A stretch of DNA of 64,000 bases, from positions 1 through 64,000 of the forward strand of contig JBGARZ010000024.1 of the NCBI GenBank assembly GCA_044229975.1. Direction: 5' to 3'. The translations under genes were made by a program, and so were the position numbers. Shown in pieces: positions 22,999 through 32,300 of the stretch (positions within the stretch are counted from its first letter, which is position 1; the number at the start of each line of letters is the position of its first letter). The notes beneath the pieces are model-generated. The model was not told the DNA's origin and searched no databases. It saw nothing but the letters and a program-made list of their open reading frames with translations. The stretch comes from Polyangiales bacterium. Lineage in GTDB: Bacteria; Myxococcota_A; Polyangia; Polyangiales; Ga0077539.

Positions 22999-24348
22999 AT
23001 GCCCACTGCCCCCCTCAGCCCCTTCGTCGGCGCGCTGGCCGCCGCGATTCGCGAGGCGCTGTGGGCCCTGGTGGCGACCGACGACGCGCGCCCCGCGGGC
23101 TTCACCCTCGACGTCCGCACGAGCCCTACCCCCGGCTGGAACGCCTCCGTCTCCCTCACCCTCCCCGCGGGCGAAGTGACCCTCGACGTGGCCGACGCCG
23201 CGACGCCGCGCGACGCGTGGTTTCGCACCGCCCACTTCGCGTGGGCCTACCGCGCCGTCGGCGGCCGCGACCCCTTCGCGCACCCCGCGTCCGCCCAGTG
23301 GCTCAAAGGCTTTCGTGAGCGCGTCACGCTGCTCGATCGCTCGCCCCTGGCGCCGCCCGTCGTGCGCGCGGTGCTCGACGCCGCGTCGCGCTACCTGCCC
23401 TTCGCGCGCGTTCGCGACGAGGACTTCCGTCTGTTGATGGAAGGCTCCGAGGGGCCGACGGGCATCCTCTGGCTGGGCTTCGGCTGCGACCAGGACTGCG
23501 TCATCTGCTGGCAGAGCCGCACCGCGCCCGAACCTCCGCCCGAGCACTTCTCCCGCTGGCTCGACGAGATGCTCGCGGCGGGCGTTCGCTCGGTGATTGT
23601 GAGCGGCGGCGAGCCCACGATGCACCCGCTGCTGCTCGACCTCGTGCGCCGCACCCACGCCGCGGGCGTGCACGTCGTCGTCGAGACCAACGGGCTGCGC
23701 CTCGCCGACGACGCGTTCCGTCGCGCGCTGCGCGAGGCGGGCGTCGACGAGCTGTCGGTGTCGCTGCACGCGCCCGACGCCGAGACCTCCGAGGCCATCA
23801 CCCGCGCGCCGGGCACCCACGCGCGCACCGTCGCGGGCGTCGAGGCCTGCCTGCGCGACGGCCTCTCGGTGGGCCTCCACTGCGTCGTCGAGCGCCGCAA
23901 CGCTCCTGCGCTCGCCGCCCACGCGGCCTTCGCGGTCGAGCGCTTCGCCCGCGCCGGTCGCCCGCTGCGGCGCGTCTCGTACAGCCTGCCCACGCGCTAC
24001 GCCGACGCCGAGCGCTACCGCCGCGGCCTCGCGCCCATCGACCAGGTGCGGCCCGGTCTCACGGCGGCGCTCACGACGTTGCGCGGCGCGGGCGTCGAGG
24101 CGCGCTTCCTCGGCATGGGCGGCTTTCCCTTGTGCGCGGTGGACGACCCGCGCGCCGAGCGGCCGTCGGCGATGTTGAGCGCGGGCGAGCGCGGGGATCG
24201 GGTGTACGGGCGGCCCTGCGAGGCGTGCGCGGTGCGGCCGTGGTGCGGTGGTGTTCCGGCGGAGTACCTGGAGGCGTGCGGCGACGGCGGGCTGCGCCCC
24301 GCGCGGGAGTCGTCGATGGCGGGCGTGATGGGAGGGTCTGCGGGATGA
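22999..24348 (+). CDS. HxsC-like radical SAM protein with N-terminal accessory domain
   Basis: CDQDCVIC, SGGEPT, ETNG, FPLC and a CEACAVRPWCGGV..Y..G..GLRP tail. Confidence 0.85.
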   Translation: MPTAPLSPFVGALAAAIREALWALVATDDARPAGFTLDVRTSPTPGWNASVSLTLPAGEVTLDVADAATPRDAWFRTAHFAWAYRAVGGRDPFAHPASAQWLKGFRERVTLLDRSPLAPPVVRAVLDAASRYLPFARVRDEDFRLLMEGSEGPTGILWLGFGCDQDCVICWQSRTAPEPPPEHFSRWLDEMLAAGVRSVIVSGGEPTMHPLLLDLVRRTHAAGVHVVVETNGLRLADDAFRRALREAGVDELSVSLHAPDAETSEAITRAPGTHARTVAGVEACLRDGLSVGLHCVVERRNAPALAAHAAFAVERFARAGRPLRRVSYSLPTRYADAERYRRGLAPIDQVRPGLTAALTTLRGAGVEARFLGMGGFPLCAVDDPRAERPSAMLSAGERGDRVYGRPCEACAVRPWCGGVPAEYLEACGDGGLRPARESSMAGVMGGSAG

Positions 24349-26300
24349 GCGGCGATCGGCCCGAGGGAGCGGCGCTGGCGTCCTTCGGGGCGGAGCGACG
24401 GGTGCTCGGCGAGTGGACCGTGACGGGCGTGACGGGGCTCCTCGCGGGCGGCGTCTCGGTGTGGCTGGAGCGCTCGCGCGACGGGGCGACGTTGCAGGTC
24501 GTGGTGGCCGCTCGCGGCAGCCGCGCGCTGGTCGAGACCCCGTTGGGCAGCGTGCTCTATCACAAGCACACCGGGCTCACCGACCGCGAGGCCGGCGACA
24601 CCACCCGCGCCTTCGCCGCGCTGCTGGAGCGCGGTGACTTCCGCCTCGGCGCGCTCTTCCCCCACCTGATGCTCGGGCAGCGGCCCGACGAGGCCGCCAA
24701 GGCGCGGGTGCTGCAGCTCGCGGGCGCGCAGTTGAAGGCGCTCCCCGGCCCCGGTGGTGCCTCGCTCCCCGAGGCGAAGCGCGAGCTCTTCTTCGACCCG
24801 CCGGGGGTGGCGGAGTTTCTCGCGCCCGAGCTCGTGGTGGAGGGGCCGGGCCTCGCGGGATACAGCCTGCGCGCCATCTACCTGCCCGCCGTGGGCAAGC
24901 GCGCGGCGCAGGAGTTTCGCCACTACGTGCTGGAGTTCGTCGACGTCGCGACGGCCGAGAGCGTGCGGCTGGGCATCGGCGCGGGATCGTCCGGCGAGAG
25001 CTTCGGTCGCGCGGGCGAGCTCTCGCTGAGCGTGCTCGGCTTCACGCAGGACCTCGACGCCCTGCCTCCGCGCGTGGCCTCGCTCTGCTCGTGGGTGCTC
25101 GCGCTCGTGCAGTTGAAGAGCGACGACTCGCTCCGGGTGCGCGTGCCCGCCGATGCCTCCGAGCTGCGCGCGATGGCGCACCCGCCCGAGCGCGGCTGGG
25201 CCAGCTCGCCGGAGGCCAAAGGGAACTCCACCGACACCGCGACGCCGCCCTCGTCGCTCAACCTCGCCATCGACACCGAGTGCGGTCAGCGCTGCGCGTT
25301 CTGCTCGGTGAAGGCGTACGTGCGGCCGCTCGACGAGGGCGCCGTCGCGCTCGACCGCATCCGCGTGCAGCTCCGCATGGCGCGCGACCAGGGCGTGCGC
25401 GAGGTGCGCCTCAACGGCATCGACCCGCTGACCTTCTCGCGCGTGCTCGAAGTGCTCGACGCCGTGCTCGAGTGCGGCTTCCCCAAGCTCTCGGTGTACA
25501 GCCCGTGCCGGCGCCTCGCCGACCCCGACTTCCGCCGGGAGTTTCTGCGCCGCATGCCGCCGGAGTTCGTCATCTCGGTGCCGCTCTACGGTGTCACCGC
25601 GGCGGCCCACGAGGCCGTCACCAACACCCCTGGCTCCTTCGCGGAGGTGCGCGCCGCGCTCGATGGTCTGCTCGCCGAGACCCCGCCCGACCGTGGTCAC
25701 GTGGTGATCTCCACCGTGGTCGTGAAGCAGAACCTCGCGGAGTTTCCCGCCGTCGTGGCCTTCGCGCGGGAGCGCGGTCTTGGTGTGCACCCGCACCTGC
25801 CGTACCCGATGCGCCAGACCACGCGCGACCCCTACGCCGACTCGGCGCTGCGCGAGCGCGACCTCGTCGAGCACTTCGTCGACCACCTCCCGACCGAAGC
25901 GGGCGACGCGCTCACCTGGAGCCTCGGGGTGCTCGGCAGCGCCGTCCCGCACCCGTGCCTGCTCTGGCAGGCCGAGCGAAAGCGCCGCCTCCCGGTCTTC
26001 GGCGCCCGCACCATCGACGACCGCCAGGCCCTCGCGGGGACCGAGTACCGCAGCCGCAAGATCCTCCACGACACCCAAGGGGCCCAGTCGCAGGACAACG
26101 CCTTCGCCGTCGCCACGGTGCCCTGCCCCCACGTCGAGCGGTGCGCCCTCGCGCCGGTGTGCCCGGGCGAGCACTACAGCGTCTACCGCGACCTCTACGG
26201 CCTCGACGAGTTCGCCCCGGTGCGTGTGGCCGACCTCTACGCCGCCGCCCCGCAAGGGGTGGTGCCCGCGATCAGGGCGACGGCGCGGGACTTCGGTTAG
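24345..26300 (+). CDS. Radical SAM protein (NGIDP variant) with N-terminal accessory domains
   Basis: ATGA overlap with the upstream stop. CGQRCAFC, NGIDPL, PHPC and a CPHVERCALAPVC tail. Paralog of 61261-63408. Confidence 0.85.
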   Translation: MSGDRPEGAALASFGAERRVLGEWTVTGVTGLLAGGVSVWLERSRDGATLQVVVAARGSRALVETPLGSVLYHKHTGLTDREAGDTTRAFAALLERGDFRLGALFPHLMLGQRPDEAAKARVLQLAGAQLKALPGPGGASLPEAKRELFFDPPGVAEFLAPELVVEGPGLAGYSLRAIYLPAVGKRAAQEFRHYVLEFVDVATAESVRLGIGAGSSGESFGRAGELSLSVLGFTQDLDALPPRVASLCSWVLALVQLKSDDSLRVRVPADASELRAMAHPPERGWASSPEAKGNSTDTATPPSSLNLAIDTECGQRCAFCSVKAYVRPLDEGAVALDRIRVQLRMARDQGVREVRLNGIDPLTFSRVLEVLDAVLECGFPKLSVYSPCRRLADPDFRREFLRRMPPEFVISVPLYGVTAAAHEAVTNTPGSFAEVRAALDGLLAETPPDRGHVVISTVVVKQNLAEFPAVVAFARERGLGVHPHLPYPMRQTTRDPYADSALRERDLVEHFVDHLPTEAGDALTWSLGVLGSAVPHPCLLWQAERKRRLPVFGARTIDDRQALAGTEYRSRKILHDTQGAQSQDNAFAVATVPCPHVERCALAPVCPGEHYSVYRDLYGLDEFAPVRVADLYAAAPQGVVPAIRATARDFG

Positions 26301-26355
26301 TCTCCGTTCCCTCCCTGGGCGCGCCTGCGGCCCGGCGATCACAGGAGCGATGATC

Positions 26356-28107
26356 ATGAATCGAAGGGCTCGTTCGGTGCGGTTGGGGTGGTGCCTCGCG
26401 GCCCTGGGGTTGATGACTGCGTGCGGGAGTGAGGTCCGCCCCGACGTGATCGACTCCGGCCCGCTCGACGTCGGCACGGCGACGGACATGGGCGTCGACG
26501 CGCAGGACGCGGGCGCTCGTGACGTTCAGGTCGTCGACACCAACCCCCTCATCGACATGCCGCTCGCGGACCAGATGCCCCTCACCGACGTGATCGCCGA
26601 CGCAGGCGTGGACGCGGGCGTGGACGCGGGCTTCTGCGGCACCGTGGGGCTGCCGTGCTGTATGGGCGGCATGGCGCCGTGCGGCACGGGCCTGTCGTGC
26701 ATGGGCGACACCTGCATGGTGCCCGCCCCCATGTGCGGGGCGCTGGGCTCGACGTGCTGTACGGGCGGCGGCCCGATGTGCGCGGGCACCATGGTGTGCG
26801 CGGGCGGCACCTGCCAGATGGGGACCCCGAGCGACGGCGGGTCGATGATGACCACGGACGTCGGGGTGATGGTGCCCTGCGGCGGAACCGACCAGCCCTG
26901 CTGCGCCACGGGGATGGCCTGCGCCTCCACGCTCGCGTGCACGAGCGGCACCTGTCGGCCGGTGCCGTGCGGCGCCAGCGGTCAGGCGTGCTGCATGGGC
27001 GGCATGGCGGCCTGCGGGTCGGGCCTGTCGTGCATGGGCACCACCTGCCAGCCGATGATGATGGTGACCTGCGGCGGCTTCGGCCTGCCGTGCTGCGACG
27101 CCGCCGTGGCGTGCGTCGCGGGGCTCTCGTGCACGAGCGGCACCTGCCAGGGCGACGCGGGCGTCGTCGACTCCGGTCCGCCCGTGGACGTCGGCGGCGG
27201 TCCCACCTGCGGCGCTCCCGGTCAGGCGTGCTGCACGGGCGGCACGGGCACCGGTTGCGGCGTGGGCTACGCGTGCACGGCGGGCACCTGCCAGGCGATG
27301 GCGGTCACGTGCGGCGGCCTCGACCAGGCGTGCTGCACCATCGGCGTGTCGTGCACGACCAGCGGGCTCACGTGCATGGGCGGCTTCTGCCGGGCGCCGA
27401 TCGACGCCGGGATGTCGGGTGCCTGCGGCGCGCTCAACCTGGCGTGCTGCGCGGGGTCCAGCCCGTGCCCGGGTGAGCTCGTGTGCAACGCGGGCTTCTG
27501 CCGCACGCCGACGACCTGCGGCGGGCCCTCGCAGACGTGCTGCGGCGGCAACTGCATCCGCGGGTACACCTGCACCGCGGGCACCTGCCAGGGCGGCGGG
27601 GCGGACTCCGGGACGACCGGCACCTGCGGCGGCCTCGACCAGGCGTGCTGCACCATCGGCGTGTCGTGCACGACCAGCGGGCTCACGTGCATGGGCGGCT
27701 TCTGCCGCGGCGCGGTCGACGCCGGGATGTCGGGCACCTGCGGCGCGCTCAACCTGGCGTGCTGCGCGGGGGTCGACGCGTGTCCGGGCGAGTTCGTGTG
27801 CAACGCGGGCATCTGCCGCACGCCGACGACCTGCGGCGGCGCGGGGCTGGCGTGCTGCGGCTCCAACTGCATCCGCGGGTACGCCTGCACCGGCGGCACC
27901 TGCATGCGGAGCATGGAGGACGCCGGCATGACCGGCGGCAAGTGCGGTGCGCCGATGGGGGCGTGCTGCACCTCGGGGACACCGTGTCCGTTCTCCACCT
28001 GTGTGAGCGGCATCTGCGCCCTGCCCACGACCTGCGGCGCCATCGGGCAGCCCTGCTGCGGCGGCAACTGCTTCGGCGGCACCTGCTCGTCGGGCACCTG
28101 CCGCTGA
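26356..28107 (+). CDS. Lipoprotein with 14 six-cysteine (CGxxxxxCC..C..C..C) repeats
   Basis: AGGAG lies 8 nt upstream. Signal and lipobox MNRRARSVRLGWCLAALGLMTA-C. 14 repeats; repeats 7-9 and 10-12 are duplicated at a 315-bp offset. Confidence 0.9.
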   Translation: MNRRARSVRLGWCLAALGLMTACGSEVRPDVIDSGPLDVGTATDMGVDAQDAGARDVQVVDTNPLIDMPLADQMPLTDVIADAGVDAGVDAGFCGTVGLPCCMGGMAPCGTGLSCMGDTCMVPAPMCGALGSTCCTGGGPMCAGTMVCAGGTCQMGTPSDGGSMMTTDVGVMVPCGGTDQPCCATGMACASTLACTSGTCRPVPCGASGQACCMGGMAACGSGLSCMGTTCQPMMMVTCGGFGLPCCDAAVACVAGLSCTSGTCQGDAGVVDSGPPVDVGGGPTCGAPGQACCTGGTGTGCGVGYACTAGTCQAMAVTCGGLDQACCTIGVSCTTSGLTCMGGFCRAPIDAGMSGACGALNLACCAGSSPCPGELVCNAGFCRTPTTCGGPSQTCCGGNCIRGYTCTAGTCQGGGADSGTTGTCGGLDQACCTIGVSCTTSGLTCMGGFCRGAVDAGMSGTCGALNLACCAGVDACPGEFVCNAGICRTPTTCGGAGLACCGSNCIRGYACTGGTCMRSMEDAGMTGGKCGAPMGACCTSGTPCPFSTCVSGICALPTTCGAIGQPCCGGNCFGGTCSSGTCR

Positions 28108-28125
28108 GGGCGCGAGACCCCGCGC

Positions 28126-28950
28126 ATGGACCGCGAGGCTCCCTCCACCACCCGCCGCGGGCCCTCCTACGAGGACCCGCGCGCCGAGCGCGAGATCGAC
28201 GAGCACCTGGAGCTGGTGCCCTTCATCGACCTCGGGCTCGCGTTCGACCACACCGCCTGCCTCGCCGAGGCGACCGCGCTGCTCGGTGAGTTCGTCCCGT
28301 ACCAGTCCGACCCCCGCTACGGCATCCGGCACTGGAACGGCCTCGCCCTGCGCGCCCTCGACGGCGACCCCGCCAAGGCCGCGGTGCCTCCCTCACCGGG
28401 CGCCGACCAGGAGCCCCGCTACGCCACCACGCCGGTCGCCGCGCGGTGCCCGAAGACCATGGAGCTCCTGCGCGACGTGCTCGACTGGGAGGCGTGCCGC
28501 GCGGTGGCCTTCCTCGCGCTGAGCCCGCGCAGTCGCATCGCGGCGCACGTCGACGACCCGATGCACGAGGTGATGCGCTCGGTGAACGTCGCGCTCAACA
28601 TGCCCGACGGGTGCGAGTTCGTGATCGACACCGAGCCCGACGGTCGCGCGGGGCCCTTCACGCGACCCGTCCCGCTGCGGCCGGGCATGGGGATGGTCGT
28701 CAACGTGGCGCGCCCGCACTACCTCGTGAACGACTCCGACACGGTGCGTATCCACATCGTCGCGCGCGGCCCGGTGCGCTGGCCCGCCGCGCGGGTGCTC
28801 GGCCTCGCCCGCGCGCAGAACGGCCACGCCGACGAAGGCTCGCTGCGCCGCGCCCTCGACGAGCGCTACGCCCGGCTGGGCCGTCCGAGCGACCACGACC
28901 CCGAGCCCACGCGCTACCAGCGCAAGCGCAAGCCGCCAACGGGAGCATGA
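28126..28950 (+). CDS. Aspartyl/asparaginyl beta-hydroxylase-like Fe(II)/2OG dioxygenase
   Basis: CPKTMELL..LSPRSRIAAHVD..PHYLVNDSDTVRIHIV, giving the HxD...H triad and the conserved Arg. Confidence 0.75.
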   Translation: MDREAPSTTRRGPSYEDPRAEREIDEHLELVPFIDLGLAFDHTACLAEATALLGEFVPYQSDPRYGIRHWNGLALRALDGDPAKAAVPPSPGADQEPRYATTPVAARCPKTMELLRDVLDWEACRAVAFLALSPRSRIAAHVDDPMHEVMRSVNVALNMPDGCEFVIDTEPDGRAGPFTRPVPLRPGMGMVVNVARPHYLVNDSDTVRIHIVARGPVRWPAARVLGLARAQNGHADEGSLRRALDERYARLGRPSDHDPEPTRYQRKRKPPTGA

Positions 28951-29025
28951 GGCGGCCCCGACGGCGGGGCGGAGAATTCCTGAGGTGTCCCGGCGCGGGG
29001 TGCTGGTAGCATCGCCGCCGTTGGG

Positions 29026-31494
29026 ATGACCCTCCGTCGGCACATCATCACCCTGCTCTGCGCCGTGGTGTTTGTTCTCTCCGCCGCGGGCTGCTCCCGC
29101 GCCCCGTCGGGGTCGACCTTCAGCGAGCGCTTCGAGGTGGGCCCCGACCAGCAGGCCCTCATCGCCTCGATGGTCGGCCACGGCGTGACGCTGCCGGGCG
29201 GCTGCGTGCACACGACGACGTCGCTCGAACGCACCCACTTCCAGGCGCGCTACACGTGCCCCGGCGTCACCGAGTCGCCCACCATCGAGTTTCGCCACCG
29301 CGAGGTCGCGCCGCGCGGCTGCGTGGTGACGGCGCAGTTCGCCCTGATCCCCTTCGGCGCGCGGGGCGTGCCCCCGGCCCTGCTCACGACCATCACCGAG
29401 CGGGTCAGGGCGCAGGAGTCCGCGTGGCGCTGGGTTCCGTACCGCTCCAACGGCCCGCCCATCTCCCGGGGCCCGCCGCGGCCGTCGCAGCCGCCGGTCA
29501 CGGCACCACCACCGCCGGCCGCACACGACGCCTCGCCGCCCGCCATCGCGCCTCCTGCTCCTCCCCCCGCCGCTCTCCCCTCTCCCCCCGATGCCAGCGC
29601 GCCGCGCTCCGACGCAACCGCTTCGCAGGACGTCGGTCGCGTCGTCGCCACGCCGTCACCACCCGTCGCGCCGCCTCCGCCCGTCGCTGCGCCTTCTCCA
29701 CCCGTCGTACCGTCTCCGTCCGTCGCTGCGCCCTCACCGCCGCTTCCATCTCCGCCCGTCGCTGTGCTCGGGTCGCCGGTCTCCGCGCCGGCGACACCGC
29801 TCGGTGAGCGCAGCCCCAATCGCCTGACCCTCGGCGGGCTGCTCGCCGACGGCGTCGTGCTCTTCCTCGCCGGGCTGATCTTCATCGCCGTGGTGACCCG
29901 TCGGCAGCTCCGCGACACCCCGGCGTGGGTGGGCCCCGCGCTCGCGGCCATCGTCGTCGCGGGCGCCGCGCTCCGCCTGGCGATGTCTCCGGTCGCGCCG
30001 CTCAACGCGTGGTCGTATGCGCGCATCATCCCCCTCGCGCGGCACACCTACGAGGGCGTCGTGCTGCCCAACCTCAGCCAGGCGACGGGGGCGACCTTCT
30101 ACCTCACGGCGGTGAACTTCACCGCGGGCTTCCTGGTCTCGGCGCTGACCCCCCTCGTGCTCTTCGCGCACGCCCGCTACGTCCTCAAGGACCACGTCAG
30201 CGCCCTCGCCGCCGCCGCCATCCTCGCGGTGCTGCCGATGCACCTGCGCTTCTCCCACAGCGACGTGGAGATCCTGCAGACCCTGCTCACCTCGTCGCTC
30301 ACCTTCGTCGTGCTCTACGGCGCCCTCACCGACGACTCGCCGCGCTGGCGGGCCGCCTGCTTCGCCGCGCTCGCCCCGCTCTGCGTCGCGACCTACTACT
30401 CCCGCCCCGAGGCCATCATCTTCTTCCCGCTCGACCTCGGTGGCATCGTCATCGCCTGGTCGTCCACGCCGCGCGCCCGCCGCGCGCTCGCCGCCGGGGT
30501 CATCAGCGCCGCCGGGGTCTTCTCCATCGTCACGCACCTGCTCGTGAGCTACCGCCACAACCTCGACGACGGCCTCAGCCTGCGCACCCTCCAGACCGCC
30601 CTGCGCACGCTCTTCAGCCCGCGCTTCAACATGCTCATCAGCCCGTGGAGCACCCCGCCGGGGCTGCTCCTCGCCGCCGCCCTCGGGGGGCTTTACCTCT
30701 GGCGGCGCGGCGAGCGGGCGCGCAGCGCGTTCCTGGTGACGTGGCTGCTCGCGTTCTTCGTCGTGCACTCCTACGTGATCCCGTGGGCGCCCGCGATGCA
30801 GGCCCGCTACCACCTCAACCTCGTCACGCCCTTCGTGCTGCTGGCCGCCGCGCTCACCCCGGCGCTCGCCCGCGCGCCCCGCTGGGCGATGGCCCTCGCG
30901 GCCGTCTACCTCGCCGCCTCGCCCCTCCTGCACCGCGCCTTCATCCGCGACGTCGACTACTTCGAGATGCGCGAGTACGCCTTCCTCGAGTCCGTGCGCG
31001 ATCGCATCCCCGACCGCTGCACGGTGCTCGAGTTCCAACCGATGCTCTCGGTCTCCAGCCCCACCCACCTGCACGCGTCGCGGCTCAACCGCATCGGCAC
31101 GCGCGTCCGGGCCGGCCAGTCGCGCTGGTCCTGGGACGTCGTCTCCATGGGCGCCGTCGACCCCGCGGCCCACCCTGGCGAGCCGCGCGAGACGCTGTCA
31201 CCCGCCGCCCGCGAGGTGATCGCGCACCCGCCGCCGTGCCTCATGGCCTACCTGGGCCTCATGTGCCGGAGCCACCGCCTGCTCTCCGCGCCCACCGCCC
31301 CGGTCTGCGACGAGCTGCGCGCGTCCGTCGACCTCGAACGCGTCGCCGTCACCCGCTTCCGCTCGCGCATCTACGACCCGGTCAGCGTGGGTCGCATCGT
31401 GCTCGGGCCCACCGGCCGCACCGAGACCCAGCGCGCCCTCCGCGAGGGCGACGAGGTCGAGCTCGGCCTCTACCGCATCCGTCCTCGCCGCTGA
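29026..31494 (+). CDS. GT-C-like polytopic membrane protein with N-terminal lipoprotein-type signal, accessory domain and Pro-rich linker
   Basis: LSAAG-C lipobox-like site, a long P/S/A linker, about 10 TM segments, and YYSRPE and QARY motifs. Confidence 0.65.
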   Translation: MTLRRHIITLLCAVVFVLSAAGCSRAPSGSTFSERFEVGPDQQALIASMVGHGVTLPGGCVHTTTSLERTHFQARYTCPGVTESPTIEFRHREVAPRGCVVTAQFALIPFGARGVPPALLTTITERVRAQESAWRWVPYRSNGPPISRGPPRPSQPPVTAPPPPAAHDASPPAIAPPAPPPAALPSPPDASAPRSDATASQDVGRVVATPSPPVAPPPPVAAPSPPVVPSPSVAAPSPPLPSPPVAVLGSPVSAPATPLGERSPNRLTLGGLLADGVVLFLAGLIFIAVVTRRQLRDTPAWVGPALAAIVVAGAALRLAMSPVAPLNAWSYARIIPLARHTYEGVVLPNLSQATGATFYLTAVNFTAGFLVSALTPLVLFAHARYVLKDHVSALAAAAILAVLPMHLRFSHSDVEILQTLLTSSLTFVVLYGALTDDSPRWRAACFAALAPLCVATYYSRPEAIIFFPLDLGGIVIAWSSTPRARRALAAGVISAAGVFSIVTHLLVSYRHNLDDGLSLRTLQTALRTLFSPRFNMLISPWSTPPGLLLAAALGGLYLWRRGERARSAFLVTWLLAFFVVHSYVIPWAPAMQARYHLNLVTPFVLLAAALTPALARAPRWAMALAAVYLAASPLLHRAFIRDVDYFEMREYAFLESVRDRIPDRCTVLEFQPMLSVSSPTHLHASRLNRIGTRVRAGQSRWSWDVVSMGAVDPAAHPGEPRETLSPAAREVIAHPPPCLMAYLGLMCRSHRLLSAPTAPVCDELRASVDLERVAVTRFRSRIYDPVSVGRIVLGPTGRTETQRALREGDEVELGLYRIRPRR

Positions 31495-31497
31495 GCG

Positions 31498-32253
31498 CTA
31501 CCGCCGCGCGGGGGCCGCGGGTCGCGCCGCGGGTCGTGCGGGCGCTGCCGGTCGCCCAGGGGCCGCGGGTCGTGCAGGCGCTGCCGCCGGGGGGACCACC
31601 ACGGGCGGGCGCGGTCGCCGCGGGCAGCGCTCGGCGGGGCAGTCGTTGTCGGCGCAGTCGACCTGGTTGTCGCAGTCGTTGTCGATGCGGTCACTGCACG
31701 CCGCGGCGGTGTTCTCCGGGCCGCGCGGGGTGCAGTTGATGGGCGGCACTCCGCCCGCGTCGCCGCAGGTGCTGTTGGGCCGCAGCCGGCAGTCGTTGTC
31801 GGCGCAGTCGGTGTGGCCGTCGCAGTCGTCGTCGGTGTGGTTGTCGCACGCCGCGGCGGTGTTCTCCGGGCCGCGCAGGGTGCAGTTGGCCGCCGACGAC
31901 GTGGCGCGGCCGCCGTCGCCGGTGCAGTGGGCCGTCGACGCGCAGTCGTTGTCGGCGCAGTCGATCTGACCGTCGCAGTCGTCGTCGGCCCCGTTACCGC
32001 AGGCGGCCTCGGTGTTTTCCGGCCCCTGGGCGTGGCACTGGATGCCCGGGTCGCCGCCGTCGGGGGGCGTCGGGGGGGGGAGGTTGGGCGGCGGGACGTC
32101 CTGCGCGATGGGATTGGCGTCCAGCGGCCCGAACCCGGCGTCCTGCGTGCTTGCAGGGGTCCGTGGGGTCGAGCGTGGCTGCGCGGGCGGGTTGTTGCAC
32201 CCCACCGCGACCAGTCCGAACCACAACAACCAGCTTCCTGTGCGCGATGGCAT
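31498..32253 (-). CDS. Lipoprotein with three Cys/Asp-rich putative Ca2+/metal-binding repeats
   Basis: GGAGAGG RBS and VAVG-C lipobox. Three copies of GPENTxAACxxxxDxDCDxxxDCADNDC, then a PAAP-rich tail. Confidence 0.8.
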   Translation of the reverse strand: MPSRTGSWLLWFGLVAVGCNNPPAQPRSTPRTPASTQDAGFGPLDANPIAQDVPPPNLPPPTPPDGGDPGIQCHAQGPENTEAACGNGADDDCDGQIDCADNDCASTAHCTGDGGRATSSAANCTLRGPENTAAACDNHTDDDCDGHTDCADNDCRLRPNSTCGDAGGVPPINCTPRGPENTAAACSDRIDNDCDNQVDCADNDCPAERCPRRPRPPVVVPPAAAPARPAAPGRPAAPARPAARPAAPARR

Positions 32254-32300
32254 GGCGATCCTCTCCGTCTTCCGGGGCGCAACCATATCAGAGCCGTCGT

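Noticed and set aside
28955..28970. Hairpin gccccg-acgg-cggggc after the hydroxylase gene
   Set aside because: A 6-bp GC stem without a U-tract is expected by chance at this GC content.
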